NCBI GenBank assembly: GCA_964016885.1
Contig: OZ024741.1
Span: 346,766,001 to 346,830,000, forward strand
From: Eledone cirrhosa
Lineage: Eukaryota
Length of the DNA: 64,000 nt
Reading direction: 5' to 3'
The notes under the pieces were generated by a model. That model searched no databases, was not told where the DNA came from, and saw nothing but the letters and a program-made list of their open reading frames with translations. Below are positions 12,162 to 25,500 of this stretch, piece by piece. The position numbers and the translations under genes are program-made. The number at the start of each line of letters is the position of its first letter. The first letter of the stretch is position 1.

Positions 12162-15100
12162 TTACCTACCTACAGCCGCATGACCAGAGTTGGCCCACTC
12201 ACACGGCCATTCTCGCCACATTCTCCCACCTTTCAGCAAATGTACTGGGGAGGGGGGGGAAGCACTTCTCTCTCCTCTCTCACCTTCCTTTCCAAGTGAA
12301 ACTTGAAAAAGTTGATGAGGGATTGGTCGAAGAGAAAAGTGTCTCTCTTCAGTCCTTTCAACCTCGTCCACCATACAATCTCTTTCGCTACTGCCACCAG
12401 ACAGAGGAAAATTGCCTGCCCTTCCTGGCCAAAAGAGCGGCGGGTCGATCTTCACTATGGACTCGGCCGATAGCCTTTTACACGCGTCAACAGCTGTTCA
12501 ACATAACTACACAAGTCAGTAATGCACGGACACAGGACGAGTGCGTGCAGAACGGTTTCGTCGCTCTGCGCGCATCTCGGGCAGGTCCGTCTGACAGCAC
12601 TTCCGTGTCTGTAGAGTTTATCTGGATCTGGCAGTGCCCTCCGGTAGCACTGCCAAGCGAGGGATTTTTGGAAATTATCCATCGTCCCCGGCTCGAAAGT
12701 CCTCCGGTACAGGCTGGTTAGTTCGACTTCGTTGACTCCCAGAGCCTCTCTGAGTGCGTGGACGCACTTGCCCACCACTAATCCTCTATAGAACTCGAGA
12801 GTGGAAGTTCCACTGACCGCATTGCCCGCCTGGTAGAGGGCGGTGAGTGCCTGGCAACATTCCAGATGCCAGTCACCAGTCTCGGTCTCTTCTTCACCCA
12901 TGACTGCAGCTCAGTCAAAGAAATGAGCTGCGGAAAGGCCCGTCTGACAAACGGCGACCACACCTGTTCACCGTTTAGGCAGAATATCTGGAGATGCCGC
13001 AGCCTCAGCGCGTGCCTGCGCATCATTAGCCACGGCATGCCCAGCCCTCCACGTAGAGGCCGCTGACAGCAGATGGACCGCCTCACCAACGGAACCTGAC
13101 CCCTACACAAGAATTTGAAGAGGAGCCGATCCAAGATGGCGAGGCGCGAACGGGGGCAAGGGACGACGGTCAGACGGTAGTAGATGACGGACGCGTTGTA
13201 CGCGTTCGCCACCTCCGCCCGACCTTTCAGTGATAGATTTCTCGCAGCCCATTTCTGGGTGAGATTGGCTACCCTGCCCGTCACCTCGTCCCAATTCTTA
13301 TCCACATGGAGGTCTGGCCCGAACCAAACCCCGAGGAACTTTACCGGTCCGTCCGTCCAGCGCGTAAAGACGCTGTTGGACGGCATGGACTTTCCACTCC
13401 AGGTGCCGAGTTGGCAAGCCCACCGACTTTTCCGGGTTAAGTTTTGCTCCTGTCAACCCTTCATATTCCTCCAATAAGTTACCAACCACCTCGATTTCTG
13501 AGGTGTCCGACACCCTCACGGTGATGTCGTCCGCATAACCCGACACAGCCTTTTCGCGTCCCGGTTCGAGCGGGATGCCCTGCAACAGCTCCAGCTTCTG
13601 CAGTAAAGGCTCGTGAGTCAATACGTACAGGAGGAAGGAGAGAGGGCACCCTTAACGGACCGATCGTGAGACTTGAAACGGTTCCGAGAGGTGGCCATTA
13701 AATTTGACCACCGAGCAGGTGCCGCTGTGCATTGCAGCGATCCAGCGGCCTTGAGGACAGCCTCCAGGTACCGATGGTCGACTCTATCGTATAATTTCGA
13801 TTGATCTAAATTGATCAGAGCCCCACCGAAGCCAGGTTTACACCCTACCCTCTCTATGATGTATCGCATCAGGTGGAGGTTGACGTGTATGGACCTGGTT
13901 GAGATTGCGCAAGTTTGCGCCTTCCCAACCAAATCCCCGACAACAAGCGCCAACCTCTACGCTAACACCCTGGCCAAAATCTAAAACTCTTAGTTGAGCA
14001 GGGTTATGGGCTTGAAATTGTCTAATGTGTCCCTCTTGTTCTCGTCTTTCCTTATCAGCGTCAATACGCCCAGGCTCACAGAACTGGGAATGCTCCTGTT
14101 CTGCTGCAAGTTGCAGTACAGCACTTTGAAGAGATTGGAGAACAAGTCTGGCAAATTTACGTAAAGCTACTAGGGCAGACCATCCAAACCAGGGGACTTG
14201 CGCCTCATGCAGTCGACAAGGGCATCCTGAATCTCGGCTGAAGTAATTGGCCTTTCGCAGCGCCCAGCGTCGGCCGTCGATAGTTGCGGCAAGCCATCGA
14301 AGTAGGGACTGAAGTCCGCCACCGTCTCTGACCCGCCACTCTCCCCCGAAAAACCGAGCAAAATGTTGGCGAAAGGCCTCACATATCCGCTTGGAATCGC
14401 TCAGCTCGTGTCCATCTCGGACTGTCAAAGACCGAATCGTGGTTTTATTACCACGTTGCGCATCTGCCACGCGGGCCCATCGAACAGCTTTGGTTCCCTC
14501 GTTTCATAAAGAACGCGCCTTAACTCTGACAATGCAAACTTCGTGTTTCGCATTGAAGAAATGGTCTAATGCCATTCTCGCCACTAGCACGTTAGTTGCA
14601 ATATCACTACAAATAGCCTCGTCTAACTTATCTACCAACTCACCCTTCTTTCTATTTTTCTTTAACGCTACTTCTTTGCTACACTCTATCGACATTACCC
14701 TAATCTCTCTTTTGAGAGCCCCCCACCATCTATTGTTGACGACTCCCCCTGTCAACCTTTTCTTAACTAAATTGTTCACCTGGTCCCTGTAAGGTTTACG
14801 TGTCGGAAATGACATGTTCAGCTTCCAGTAACCAGGTCCTAACCTTCGCGTCTTATCTAAATCGACCATACAGATTACAAACTTGTGATCTGAATAGGCG
14901 ACCGTTTAAAAACGTGGACAGCTTACACTATTTCTGTCTATTTTCCTAATGAATATCCTGTCTATATATGATCTAGATGACCCTATGTGGTTGGTCCAGG
15001 TCCACACTGGCGCATTAGGGAAATCTAGTCGGTACATGTCAGACAGTTGGAACTGGCTGATCAGGTTCTTGACGCTTGTCCCCCCCCGCTCCTTTCGGAT

Positions 15101-15555
15101 ACTCCCACACAGTCCCAGCGTGCGTCTAAGATGCCGTTCCAGTTACTCGCCAACAGTAAAGGGCGAGACGTACCCATAAAGGCTTCCAGGCGTCTAAAGA
15201 AGTCCGGCCGTCCTGCTCCAGTAGGGGCATAGACAGCCACCAGTCTAAAGGTACCACCTTCGTTACTGTTCACGTCCAGGACCACCAACTTCCCGTCCGT
15301 GTCCCGGAAGATCGACCTTACCTCGAGATTCAGGCCTTTCCTAAACAGCACTGCCACCACTCCCGGCCGACTAACAGATGCAAAAATCTGATAGTCGTCG
15401 AAAATGGGGGCTAGTGCGCGCGTGTCGGAAATCCTGGTCTCGCTGACGGCAATTACATCCATTTCTAGAGACCTGAGGTCGTTGAGCAGGTGACCCTGCT
15501 TCCAGGACGATCGCAGGCCTCCAACATTTAAACTTCCTACTCTTAATACGGCCAT
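12162..15555 (-). pseudogene. ORF2 of Tx1 copy B, multiply frameshifted
   Basis: ORF fragments 15061-15555, 14504-14869, 14170-14382, 13618-13953, 13298-13621, 12778-13386 and 12455-12901 are collinear with the ORF2 at 59545-62967. Confidence 0.9.
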
Positions 15556-15564
15556 GTTGGCAGG

Positions 15565-17539
15565 TTAAAAGAGCCAGAGGAAAGGTGTACTTACCTTCCG
15601 GGTTCTTGTGAAGGTCGGGTGGTTCGACCTCCATAGTTGGTGGGTGTCTTTTAGGAACCCCATTAAAAGTCTTGAAGTGGGTTTTACGTTCGGGGTTCCC
15701 ACGTCCCGAGGAAAGCTGTCTCGTATCTCTTTGTATAAATCGAGCCGCATTCGCACCAGAAACAAATCTCCTGGCACGCGAAATGTGCCCCATTTAAAAA
15801 TGTCCCCCTCTTTTTGTATATCTTCACTTCGTGCTACGAGGGCCATCAGTTATTTGTTGGCCCTCCTGACGAGCACGAAGTTTTGTATGTTTTGTTGGTG
15901 TGATTTTATTTGTTTGCGTGGCTATAGCGGTGATGGTTTCGATGGTGTTGTTTCGGTTGTGTCTGTGTTTGTTGTGAGTGCGCTGTCTGTGGTTTCAGAT
16001 GTTTGTGTGTGTATTTGTTCTTGCGTCTGTTTAGGTTGTTTGGGTTTGGGGGATTCTGGTGATGGTGATTGTGGTGTTGATGTAGGTGTTATTGGGGAGA
16101 TGTTTGCGTGGGTGGTGTTTGCATTTTTGATAGTGAGTGATTTTGTGCTTTGTTGAGTTTTTTTTTCTTTTTGTGTATCCTTTTTTGTATTTTGGGGGAT
16201 TTTGGTTTTCCCTCATCTTCACTATTGGTAGATGAGGGGTCTGTGTCTGTAAGTCTGCTTGTGTGTGTGTGTGTATGTTTTTATTGGTGTGTGTACTTTT
16301 TTGGGGGGAGGGGGGGTATTTGACAGCTTTCCTCGTTTCCCTCCTGGGTGGTCAATGTTGGTGGTGGTCTTTCTATTGGTATTGTTGCTGGTGGTTTTGC
16401 CGGTGCTGGTGTTGGTTGTGGTCCTCGCCCCGGCTCGGCAGCAGTGGAGCCCTTCTACACCTTGCATCTTTCAGCAATTGAGGGCAGAAGGCTCGTAAAT
16501 GGGCTTTTCCATACAAACAAAACAATGCGACCTTTTTGCCCTCGGTCATAATATGAATGACCGTCCCATTCTGAAGGCGAATGTGGTCCGGGATTGTCTT
16601 CACATTCTCGGGCCTGATCTGGAGATGTATCTCCAGGTCAACCACGCACCAGTCCTCTCTAGCAGTTCTTGTCACTTCTATCGGGACGGTATCCGTCCCC
16701 TCCACAATCACACATCCCAGAAGCCACCACATGTCAAGTCCTGGTGGGATTCTGGGAATGCGGATACGGGCCGTTCTTTTTCCCATCTGGGAGGGGTACA
16801 TTATGGACTTGCTGGTTTTGCAAGGAGTCATAGCGTATTTCATAACGAGGGCTTCTCACTTAAACAGCACCGAAATGGTGCTGTACTGTCTGCCCCTCAC
16901 TGTGTATTCGGTGTCATCTCTGATGCACCTCAGCGCGACTTCAACATCCGCTTGTGGAATTAAGGCATTCCTTTTGGTTTGTGTTGAGATGCATCTATAA
17001 TGCACCGTTCTGCGCTCCACTGCCTCATTAGCTTCTATCTGGACAGCTAAGTTGGCCCAGGTTTGCTCTTGCTTCCAGGCCTGGGCTAACTTTTCATCTT
17101 TGTTTGAGAGGTCCATGTTGAAGCATGGCATCTCTTTGGCTGCTGCCGCAGCGAAAGTGTTCTTATTGTTGTCGTTGGGGGTGTTGTTGTTGTTGTCGTT
17201 GTTCTTGTTGGTGTTGTTGTTATCACTGTGGCTGTTATAATTTTGTCTTTGGTGCCGCCGTTGTTCTCGGTGCTGTTGGTATTGTTGCTGTTGCTGTTTT
17301 CATGTTAGTGGTGTTGATATTGTTGTTGCATTTGTTATCATTTTTTTCTGTTCGCTGTTACTGTCATTTTTTTCAAAATTAGTGTTCCAAGTGTTGTGAT
17401 CATTGCTGTGTTTGTTCACATTGTTTGTGGTGGTGTTTGTTGTATCAATTTCTGTTAATTTCGCCGTAGCGCTCCTCTCCACCTTTACGTCGTTGTCGCG
17501 CGACAGCAGACATATCGCTGGGGTGCGTGGCTCAGCCAT
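15565..17539 (-). pseudogene. ORF1 of Tx1 copy B, disrupted
   Basis: Position upstream of ORF2; similarity to family 1 ORF1 (TVHYR, RGRQYSTI, RIPRIPP..WLL, decayed knuckle ..GKAHLRAFCPQ). Confidence 0.78.
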
Positions 17540-17663
17540 GTTTTTTTTTTTCGATAATATTTTTTAAAATGTAAAATGCAAAAGGCCCAAATATTATTCT
17601 TTCCCTTTCACAGGGCAAAGTCCAACAACAAAAAATTCAATAATTAAGTTTTGATTCAGACGC

Positions 17664-17720
<57 letters not shown>

Positions 17721-17837
17721 AGTAGCAGTAGTAGTAGTAGTAGTAGTAGTAGTAGTTGTAGTAGTAGTAGTAGTAGTAGTTGTAGTAGTAGTCGTAGTAG
17801 TAGTGGCAGTGGTAGTAGCGATGTTAGTAGTGGTAGC
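17664..17837. repeat. (TAA)n followed by (TAG)n microsatellite
   Basis: Direct reading. Confidence 0.95.
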
Positions 17838-18316
17838 AGAGAAAAATTAACTACGGTAGCAGCATCCAAATTCCATTATTATTTTATTCTCCGACGGATA
17901 TCTTTCTCTTGAATTGCCGTCAGTGAAACCTTTTGGTAACTAAACCGTCGAACAATAACTATAAAAAGAACATATTCACCTAAAGTGGTTTGTTCTATTA
18001 AAATTGTAAAATTGTATTCCCTCGATTGGATTTTAATCGATAGTTATTAAAGGCAACGCAATTAAGATTAATAATAAATTACTAGCAGTACCAATATATA
18101 TGTGCGTATGTTTGTGTGTTACAGTCGCTGTATGGTTTATTTCTGTCTGTGCACGTGTTCGTATCTCTGTCCACCTGCTGCGAACTATTCCTGAATTAAG
18201 ATGTCATTACATTTACATCGTACAAGCAATTTTTTTTAATCACCATCACTGTGCTCCTTGAACATTGAATACACATAGGCTTAATTACCTTTTGTGGTGT
18301 ATATATATACACATAT

Positions 18317-18317
<1 letters not shown>

Positions 18318-18376
<59 letters not shown>
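18318..18376. repeat. (AG)n microsatellite
   Basis: Direct reading. Confidence 0.97.
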
Positions 18377-18380
<4 letters not shown>

Positions 18381-19434
18381 TGAGAGCTGAGATAAAAATA
18401 TATATTATGTAGAGAATTATATATTATATGCTAATATATAATTGCCAAACAGTTTAGAAATAACTCAATATGTTTATATATAAGTCTGACGAAAAAGGAT
18501 AATTTTGTAGGGAGTAGAAACTGGAAAGACAGACATAAAATCAATGGAAATATAATCAAGTATGTAAAAGGAAAAATTAGTTTTTAAATCATTTTTATTT
18601 GTATACACGTTCAGCATTTTACGTAAAATTATACGTAGAATTACTGAAAGGATGTTATATGCATTTCGTCCACCTTACAAGGAAATATTGATAATTGTTT
18701 ACGTAGTTCCATCTGAAACCTTTACATCTTCAAATAATAATAAGGGATGTGTATTACGTCAATGTAAGAATTCTCAATGTTATTATCAATTAATAACAAC
18801 ATTTAATTACTTTATGGTAATACAATATTACATATGAATAGTAAAGGGAGATAACTCGATGGTATTACATACACACATGTATACACACATGCAAACAAAC
18901 ATGCATATACGTTAAAAAAATATCAACACAAACACATATTAAATGCATATAAACGCTACACATAAATGAATATAGAAACTTATATCTGTATATTTATATC
19001 GATATAAAGAAAAATAAACCCTCGCTGATACATCCATACGGAGATCCTAACATATCGATATAGTTGTATAAACGCCTACACACTCATGTACACATGCATA
19101 CACGCACATAAACGTACATACACGCACACGCACTTAAACAGAGACACAGGTGTCCAATCACACGCATGTGTATTGAATCATCTTTGCCGAAATATACCTG
19201 CATAGATGCAGACACACTTACATACTTATGAGTGTTGATATTTTTATTTTGATTCACAGGATTATATCCAGAGTATAAACAGTGTAAATATATGCAGAGC
19301 AATAAATACAGAGCTTACACCCATTTCCCCATGCAAATATATAAAGATACAGATAGAAACAGCAACAAGTATACTCATATATAAATACAAGCATACATGC
19401 AGCCACCTTATATATACGCATATAAACACCCCCT

Positions 19435-19643
<209 letters not shown>

Positions 19644-20859
19644 GTGTGTATAATGGTAGCTATGGTGCTTCCATAGGCGGTATGCCAAAATTAGCATAGC
19701 ACTCAATATTCATACAGAGCAGAGTGTGAATAGTATAAAGAAACGAAAAATCAGTGATGCATCTGGACTCAGTTTATTGCGTGTTACAATTGTTTCGCCG
19801 GCAGGTAGCTCGAGACATGATCACTGTATGGTTCTGGCTGATTCTACGGCTGCATGTTCCTTCGGACACAGGCAATTCGTTCGGAGCAAATCTTCTCACT
19901 GGGGTGTTATCGTAAAAAAACATCTTCAAAAAACATCTTCCAATCTTGTCATGCCATTGGCTGTTGTTATTCTACGTCATCATAAGTTCTGGTCACTATT
20001 TACTGCTACACGGGTCATCAGCCATTTTCCGTCCGACACACTTCAGTGGAGCCATGCTGGGTTTGGTATCTCACACGAATGTTCGCACTCCAGAGTATGT
20101 ACCCACATATACACACACAGGCGCAGGCACACACACATGCATGCATACACATATGAGGGCATACATGTGTAGACACACATACCCCCATGCACATATATAC
20201 ACGCATCACTCTCCCTCTCTTCCACAATCCCATGCACAGCCACATCCACACTCGACCGCCACATCCCTATTGGCGCCTGTCTGAACAGCACATACATCCG
20301 GTCACACGCGCACGCATAGGCGTACACACGCGCAGACACACACGTCCACGCATACAAAGACATATATCGGCGTTCGGGAACATCAGCACATATATACACA
20401 AACACTCTCAAACACATACATGGATACACACGCACATATACGCATATCCTTATGGATAGGCATCAAGGACAGACACTTCCAAAGACATAAGCACACATAC
20501 ACACACACACCTGTACATATATCTACACACAAGTACATGTACCCGCCACACGGTGAAGTTTTCCTTCTCCACAGCACCTAACATGGCCGACTACATGGGT
20601 AAAACTAACGCGGTGAAGACGGCGAGCATTGGCCGTCAACCGCGGCGATAGAATGATCGTCTATCGGAGCGGGGGGACCACCCGGGGACCGGCCCTCAAA
20701 TGACAACCCGGTCCCCGAGGCGACCGGAACGCCCGCGGAAGGAGATATGATCCAACGCCGGGAGGGAACGAAGTGGCATAAGGGAGAACACCGTGTCGAC
20801 GGAACAACACCCTGGGAATCCCGAGAGGGCCATAACAGATCGAGGCCCAGACATCAGAT

Positions 20860-21290
20860 GTGAAAGAACTGACAACAGAACTTGTAACTGCAGAGCGGGC
20901 ACCCAGTGCCCCCTGCAGGGAAAATGCCTGACGAAGGACCTGATATACAAGTGTGTGGTTACAACGCCAAAATGCGCATCGCACCTACGTCGGCGCAACA
21001 TCCACGACCTTTAAATCACACGAATTCCTTCAGGGACCGTAGCAAAAGGCACTCCACAAGGTTAGCGGATCTGGTGTGGGACCTGAAATACTAAGGCACT
21101 CCGTACGCCCTGGAATGGAGTATCGTTCGGCATGCGAGCGCATATTTGGCTGGAAGTAGAAAGTGCCGATTATGTCTACACGAGGCCATGGAGATAGTCA
21201 GACTGAAAGATGACGCGGTCAACATGAAGTCTTAAATTATCATGACCTGCAGACACCAGAGAAGATGCACATTTGCAGCAAAGAATCCTC
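20860..21290 (+). pseudogene. GIY-YIG endonuclease remnant (CxCx5C type)
   Basis: CNCRAGTQCPLQGKCLTKDLIYKCVV..(T)YVG..HTNSFR..STRLADLVWDLK..WSIV..Y..GSRKCRLCLHE across frames; homologous to 27482-27910. Confidence 0.85.
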
Positions 21291-22203
21291 CGGTTAGCAC
21301 AGGCCAAGGGCATGGGATGGAGTAAGCACAGGCCTGAGTGGCCCAACGGGATTAAGGGACCTGACACCATGCCCTGATGACATTGTGCGACCCGTGTGGC
21401 AAACATAAATAAACCAGGATGCACACCTGACCGAGCACGCAACATTGGGCTGGTACATCGCCTATGCCGGGACCGACTAACACGGTGTCCACGGTCGTCC
21501 AGTCAGATACCCCAAACATATAGAACAGCACACCCCAACACGGTGGCATACCCCAAGGTGACCGGGCCAAGCGTCCCCTTGAATGTGTACCCCGTCAGGC
21601 GTGAATATATACTCTCCACATGTTCCACTTTGGAACAATTATTATTACTGTTATTATTGATTTGTTATTGTTTGCACCTCATACTATCTGTGTGTAGTAT
21701 ATCACATGAATACACGCGCCTTCTGCTTTACCTCCCGCCTTTTTTATTTATCTCTTTGTGAAGTTATATACAGATTTAATGTATTTTAACATATTGTAAA
21801 TTTATTTATATTATTTTATTATCTTATTGTGTTTATATGTGTGGTTTTATGTGTAGACCTGTGCGTATGTATATGTATATGTGTGTGTATGTAAAGAGAG
21901 AGATATATACGTGTGTGTGTATGGGTGTGTGTATGTGTGCATGTGTACGTATAAGCATGAGTTTATACGTGTGTGTGTGCATGCATGTACATGTATGTAC
22001 ATATGTGGGTGTGTGTATATATATGTATATATATATATATAGCTGTCTATGCGTATGTGTGTGTATGTGGGTGCGTATGTATGTGTGTGTGCATGTATGT
22101 ATATATAGGTCTCTATAGGAATGTGTCCGGATGGATTATATATTCATTTTATTATTTTATCATATATCCATTATATATATATATGTGTATCTATGAATAT
22201 GTA

Positions 22204-22299
<96 letters not shown>

Positions 22300-22596
22300 T
22301 GTATACTATATTGTTATTTTATTGTATATTGTATTTTTTATTGTATATTGTATATTTATTTTACGGTTTTGTTTATAAATGTATATGTGGAAGAATGTGT
22401 GTGTAAGCAAATATGCATATATGCATGTATGTGCAGGTGGCCGTCCGTGTGAGTATGTATATATATATATATACATATATGTGTATGTATGTATATGTGT
22501 GGGTGTGCGTATGCATGTAGAGTTTTATATATATGTGTGTGTATGTATGTGTGTATGTAGTTATGTTTACGTATGTGTATTTTGTATGTATGTGTA

Positions 22597-22666
<70 letters not shown>

Positions 22667-23507
22667 TTTATGCGTAGGTATACGTGCGTGCGTATGTGTG
22701 TGTATATGTGTATGTTTGTGTATGTGTGTGTATACATATAGACATATGTGGGTATAAGTATGCATGTGTATGTGCGTATATACATGGGTATGTGTATATA
22801 TGTGTGCGTATACATATATGTATATGTGTATATGTGTGTGTCTGCATGCCTGTGTATATGTGTGTGTGTCTATGTACACACACACACATATATATATATA
22901 TGGTGTGTGTATCTGTCAGTGGGTGTGTGTATGTGTGGGTGCGTACGTACACCCACATAAAACAGGGTTTGTCTATGTGTTTATATGCGGGTACATGTAC
23001 TTGTGTGTAGATATATGTACAGGTGAGTGTATGTGTGTGTATGTGTGCTTCTGTCTTTGGAAGTGTGTCTGTCCTTGATGCCTATCCATAAGGATATGCG
23101 TGTATGTGCGTGTGTATCCATGTATGTGTCTGAGAGTGTTTGTGTATATATGTGCTGATGTGTAGAACGCCGATATGTGTCTTTGCATGCTTGGACGTGT
23201 GTGTCTGCGCGTGTGTACGTCTATGCGTGCGTGTGAGACCGGATGTATGTGGCTGTTCAGGCAGGCGCCAATGGACATCTGGCAGTCGGTATATGGATGT
23301 TTGTGGTAGAGAGGGAGAGTGTGTGCGTGTATATATGTGCATGGAGGTATGTGTGTCTACACATGTATGCGTACATATGTGTATGCATGCATGTGTGTGT
23401 GCCTGCGTGTGTGTGTGTGTATATGTGTGTGTGTGTATATGTGCGTACATACTCTGGACTGTGAGATACCAAACCCAGCATGGCTCCATTGAAATGTGTC
23501 GGACGGA

Positions 23508-23755
23508 AAATGGCTGATGACCCGTGTAGCAGTATATAGTGACCAGAACTTATGATGACGTAGAATAACAACAGCCAATGGCATGACAAGATTGGAAGAT
23601 GTTTTTTTGAAGATGTTTTTTTACGATAACACCCCAGTGAGAAGATTTTCTCGGAACGAATTGCCTGTGTCCGAAGCAACCTGCAGCCGTAGAATCAGCC
23701 AGAACCATACAGTGATCATGTTTCGAGCTACCTGCCGGCGAAACAATTGTAACAC
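23508..23755 (+). ncRNA. Putative hammerhead with a very long stem II insertion (mirror copy on the minus strand ~19781-20027)
   Basis: CTGATGA at 23514; GAAAC-AATT-GTA at ~23740; stem II base ccg/cgg plus gtagc/gctac. Stem I is weak. Confidence 0.45.
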
Positions 23756-24278
23756 GCAATAAACTGAGTCCAGATGCATCACTGAATTTTCGTTTTTTTA
23801 TACTATATATATATATAATGTTGTACTTACATGAAAACACATCCTTTTAGTTTCGTACGGACAAATAACAAACATACACACACACACAGGTACACGCTCT
23901 ATACACAAAACCAGTTTTTGTCCTTTTCATCTAAACGTGAGCGATCACCCACATATCGTTCAACTATTAGAACAACGCTAGAATCAACAGTTTTCTAAGC
24001 GATTTGAATGTACCTCTTTTTCCTCCAAGAATTTCGTTTCTTTTATGCCACTTAACTCTATATTTTATTTCTTTGATTTCTCATTCTATATTCTGATCAA
24101 TGTTCATAGATAGATAACCCCTTCATGTTTCATAAGAGGTATTCAAGTAAAAAATGAAGATTATGGATGGAGAATAGAAGACTAATCGTGAAGTTAGACT
24201 ATAATCATCGGTGGAGGAAAGGTACGTAATAATTTCATAACCTAGACAAGACACACAAACAGACAAGGAGCCATGTAT

Positions 24279-24371
<93 letters not shown>

Positions 24372-24534
24372 TGTATGTATGTCTTCTGGGCACACAAGCA
24401 TTAGGACGTGTGTTTTCTCCGGCCGGCGGCATATCAAACATATCGGGTAATATCTGAAGATACCGTTCTCATAATAGCAACAAATGCATGAAGGACATCT
24501 CGATTGCATGGAGAACCGTGGAAATAATTATAAT

Positions 24535-24716
24535 TGTTTCTACTTTTAGCACAAGGCAAGCAATTACCTAGTACATTACTGGTACTTTTTTTATCGAGAC
24601 CGTAAGGATGAAAGGCAAAGTTAACCTCGGCAGGATTTGAACTCAGACTGTAAAGAGAGTAACTATGCTGGAAAGCATGGCGTCCGACTCCCTACCGATA
24701 CTACCAATTCACCGCC
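24535..24716 (-). mobile_element. tRNA-derived SINE (Nin/Deu-like core) with a 12-bp TSD
   Basis: A box, B box GAGTTCAAATCC, core GAGGTTAACTTTGCCTTTCATCCTTACGG; AATAATTATAAT repeated at 24523-24534 and 24717-24728. Confidence 0.85.
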
Positions 24717-25409
24717 AATAATTATAATGATGAAATGATATATGTAACCTCAGCATCTTATTTTGTTATGTATATATATATATATAAAAGTAAGTCCAAA
24801 GAATCATTAGATAAAATATATACAGTATTTCTCCTCCCAATCAGTATAAATCAACCACACAAAAAATCATTTAAACGAGGCTACAAGTTTAAAATGTACT
24901 TATGAAGAAATAATAGACAAATGATATAGCTTCTTATCCGCGATATACAGCTACAAAAATTTACCTAATATTTCTATTAGCCTGTAGAAATTGACTAGAC
25001 ATATAGTTAACTACAGATAATTATGTACAAAATCAAAGTTAGAAGAAAAAATGTACATAAACTTTATTGAAATCTTCATAATATCTCTCCCACACGGCCG
25101 TTTCGTTCACTTTTTGGATATATCCGGTCTTGGATAAATCAACGAGGTTTGGAACTCATCAGGAGATAACTCAATTGGACAAAGATTTTTCTACCATGAC
25201 CTCCGCCAGAAACGAGTTCAAAATGGCTAAGAAACATCACGTGGCCAGTGGTCAAGGCAGAAATCTGTGGTTGGTGCCCGTCGGCAAAATCTTTGAACGC
25301 AGAAGTAAATATTTCGAAAAACGTTGCAACCGAAGGAAGACGATAAAATGTAAACAGAAATAACAACACAATCGGTACAGTATATGGAAGGTATATGTTA
25401 GGGTTCCGC

Positions 25410-25500
25410 TTGATATAGCAGGAAGAGGGTCTTAACGATTCAGACGCTAGTCTTTCATCAGAAGAAAGAATGAGAAATAAGATAGATTGAGGGGACGGGC
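25410..25500 (-). ncRNA. PLE pseudo-LTR fragment with a degenerate minimal hammerhead
   Basis: Minus strand tctt-CTGATGA-a-agac-tagc-gtct-GAAt-CGTT-aaga; same family as the motifs at ~35500 and ~38440. Confidence 0.6.

Larger units (their letters stand above)
11892..17663 (-). mobile_element. L1-clade Tx1-like LINE, family 2, copy B (full length, decayed)
   Basis: ORF2 pieces homologous to but clearly diverged from family 1 (MAVLRVGSLNVGGL, VYAPTG, SPGLDGLP, GYADD, MDNFQKSLAWQCYR); ORF1 remnant; (TAA)n at both ends. Confidence 0.92.
19730..23806 (+). mobile_element. 5'-truncated Penelope-like element (Hydra-type endonuclease) with ~820-bp inverted pseudo-LTR arms
   Basis: 19730-20546 is the diverged reverse complement of 22987-23806; the interior has a GIY-YIG remnant; the 3' end abuts (TA)n. 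Confidence 0.82.

Noticed and set aside
19730-23806. DNA transposon with long TIRs
   Set aside because: The interior encodes a PLE GIY-YIG rather than a transposase, and the arms are the element's own 3' end.
24450-24535. Hammerhead-like CTGAAGA...GAAA with a gttctc/gagaac stem
   Set aside because: Stem I is not supported and the 3' side is interrupted by a SINE insertion.
25090-25370. Protein-like stretch (..RNITWPVVKAEICGWCP..)
   Set aside because: In-frame stops and no recognisable family; at most an unidentifiable pseudo-exon.
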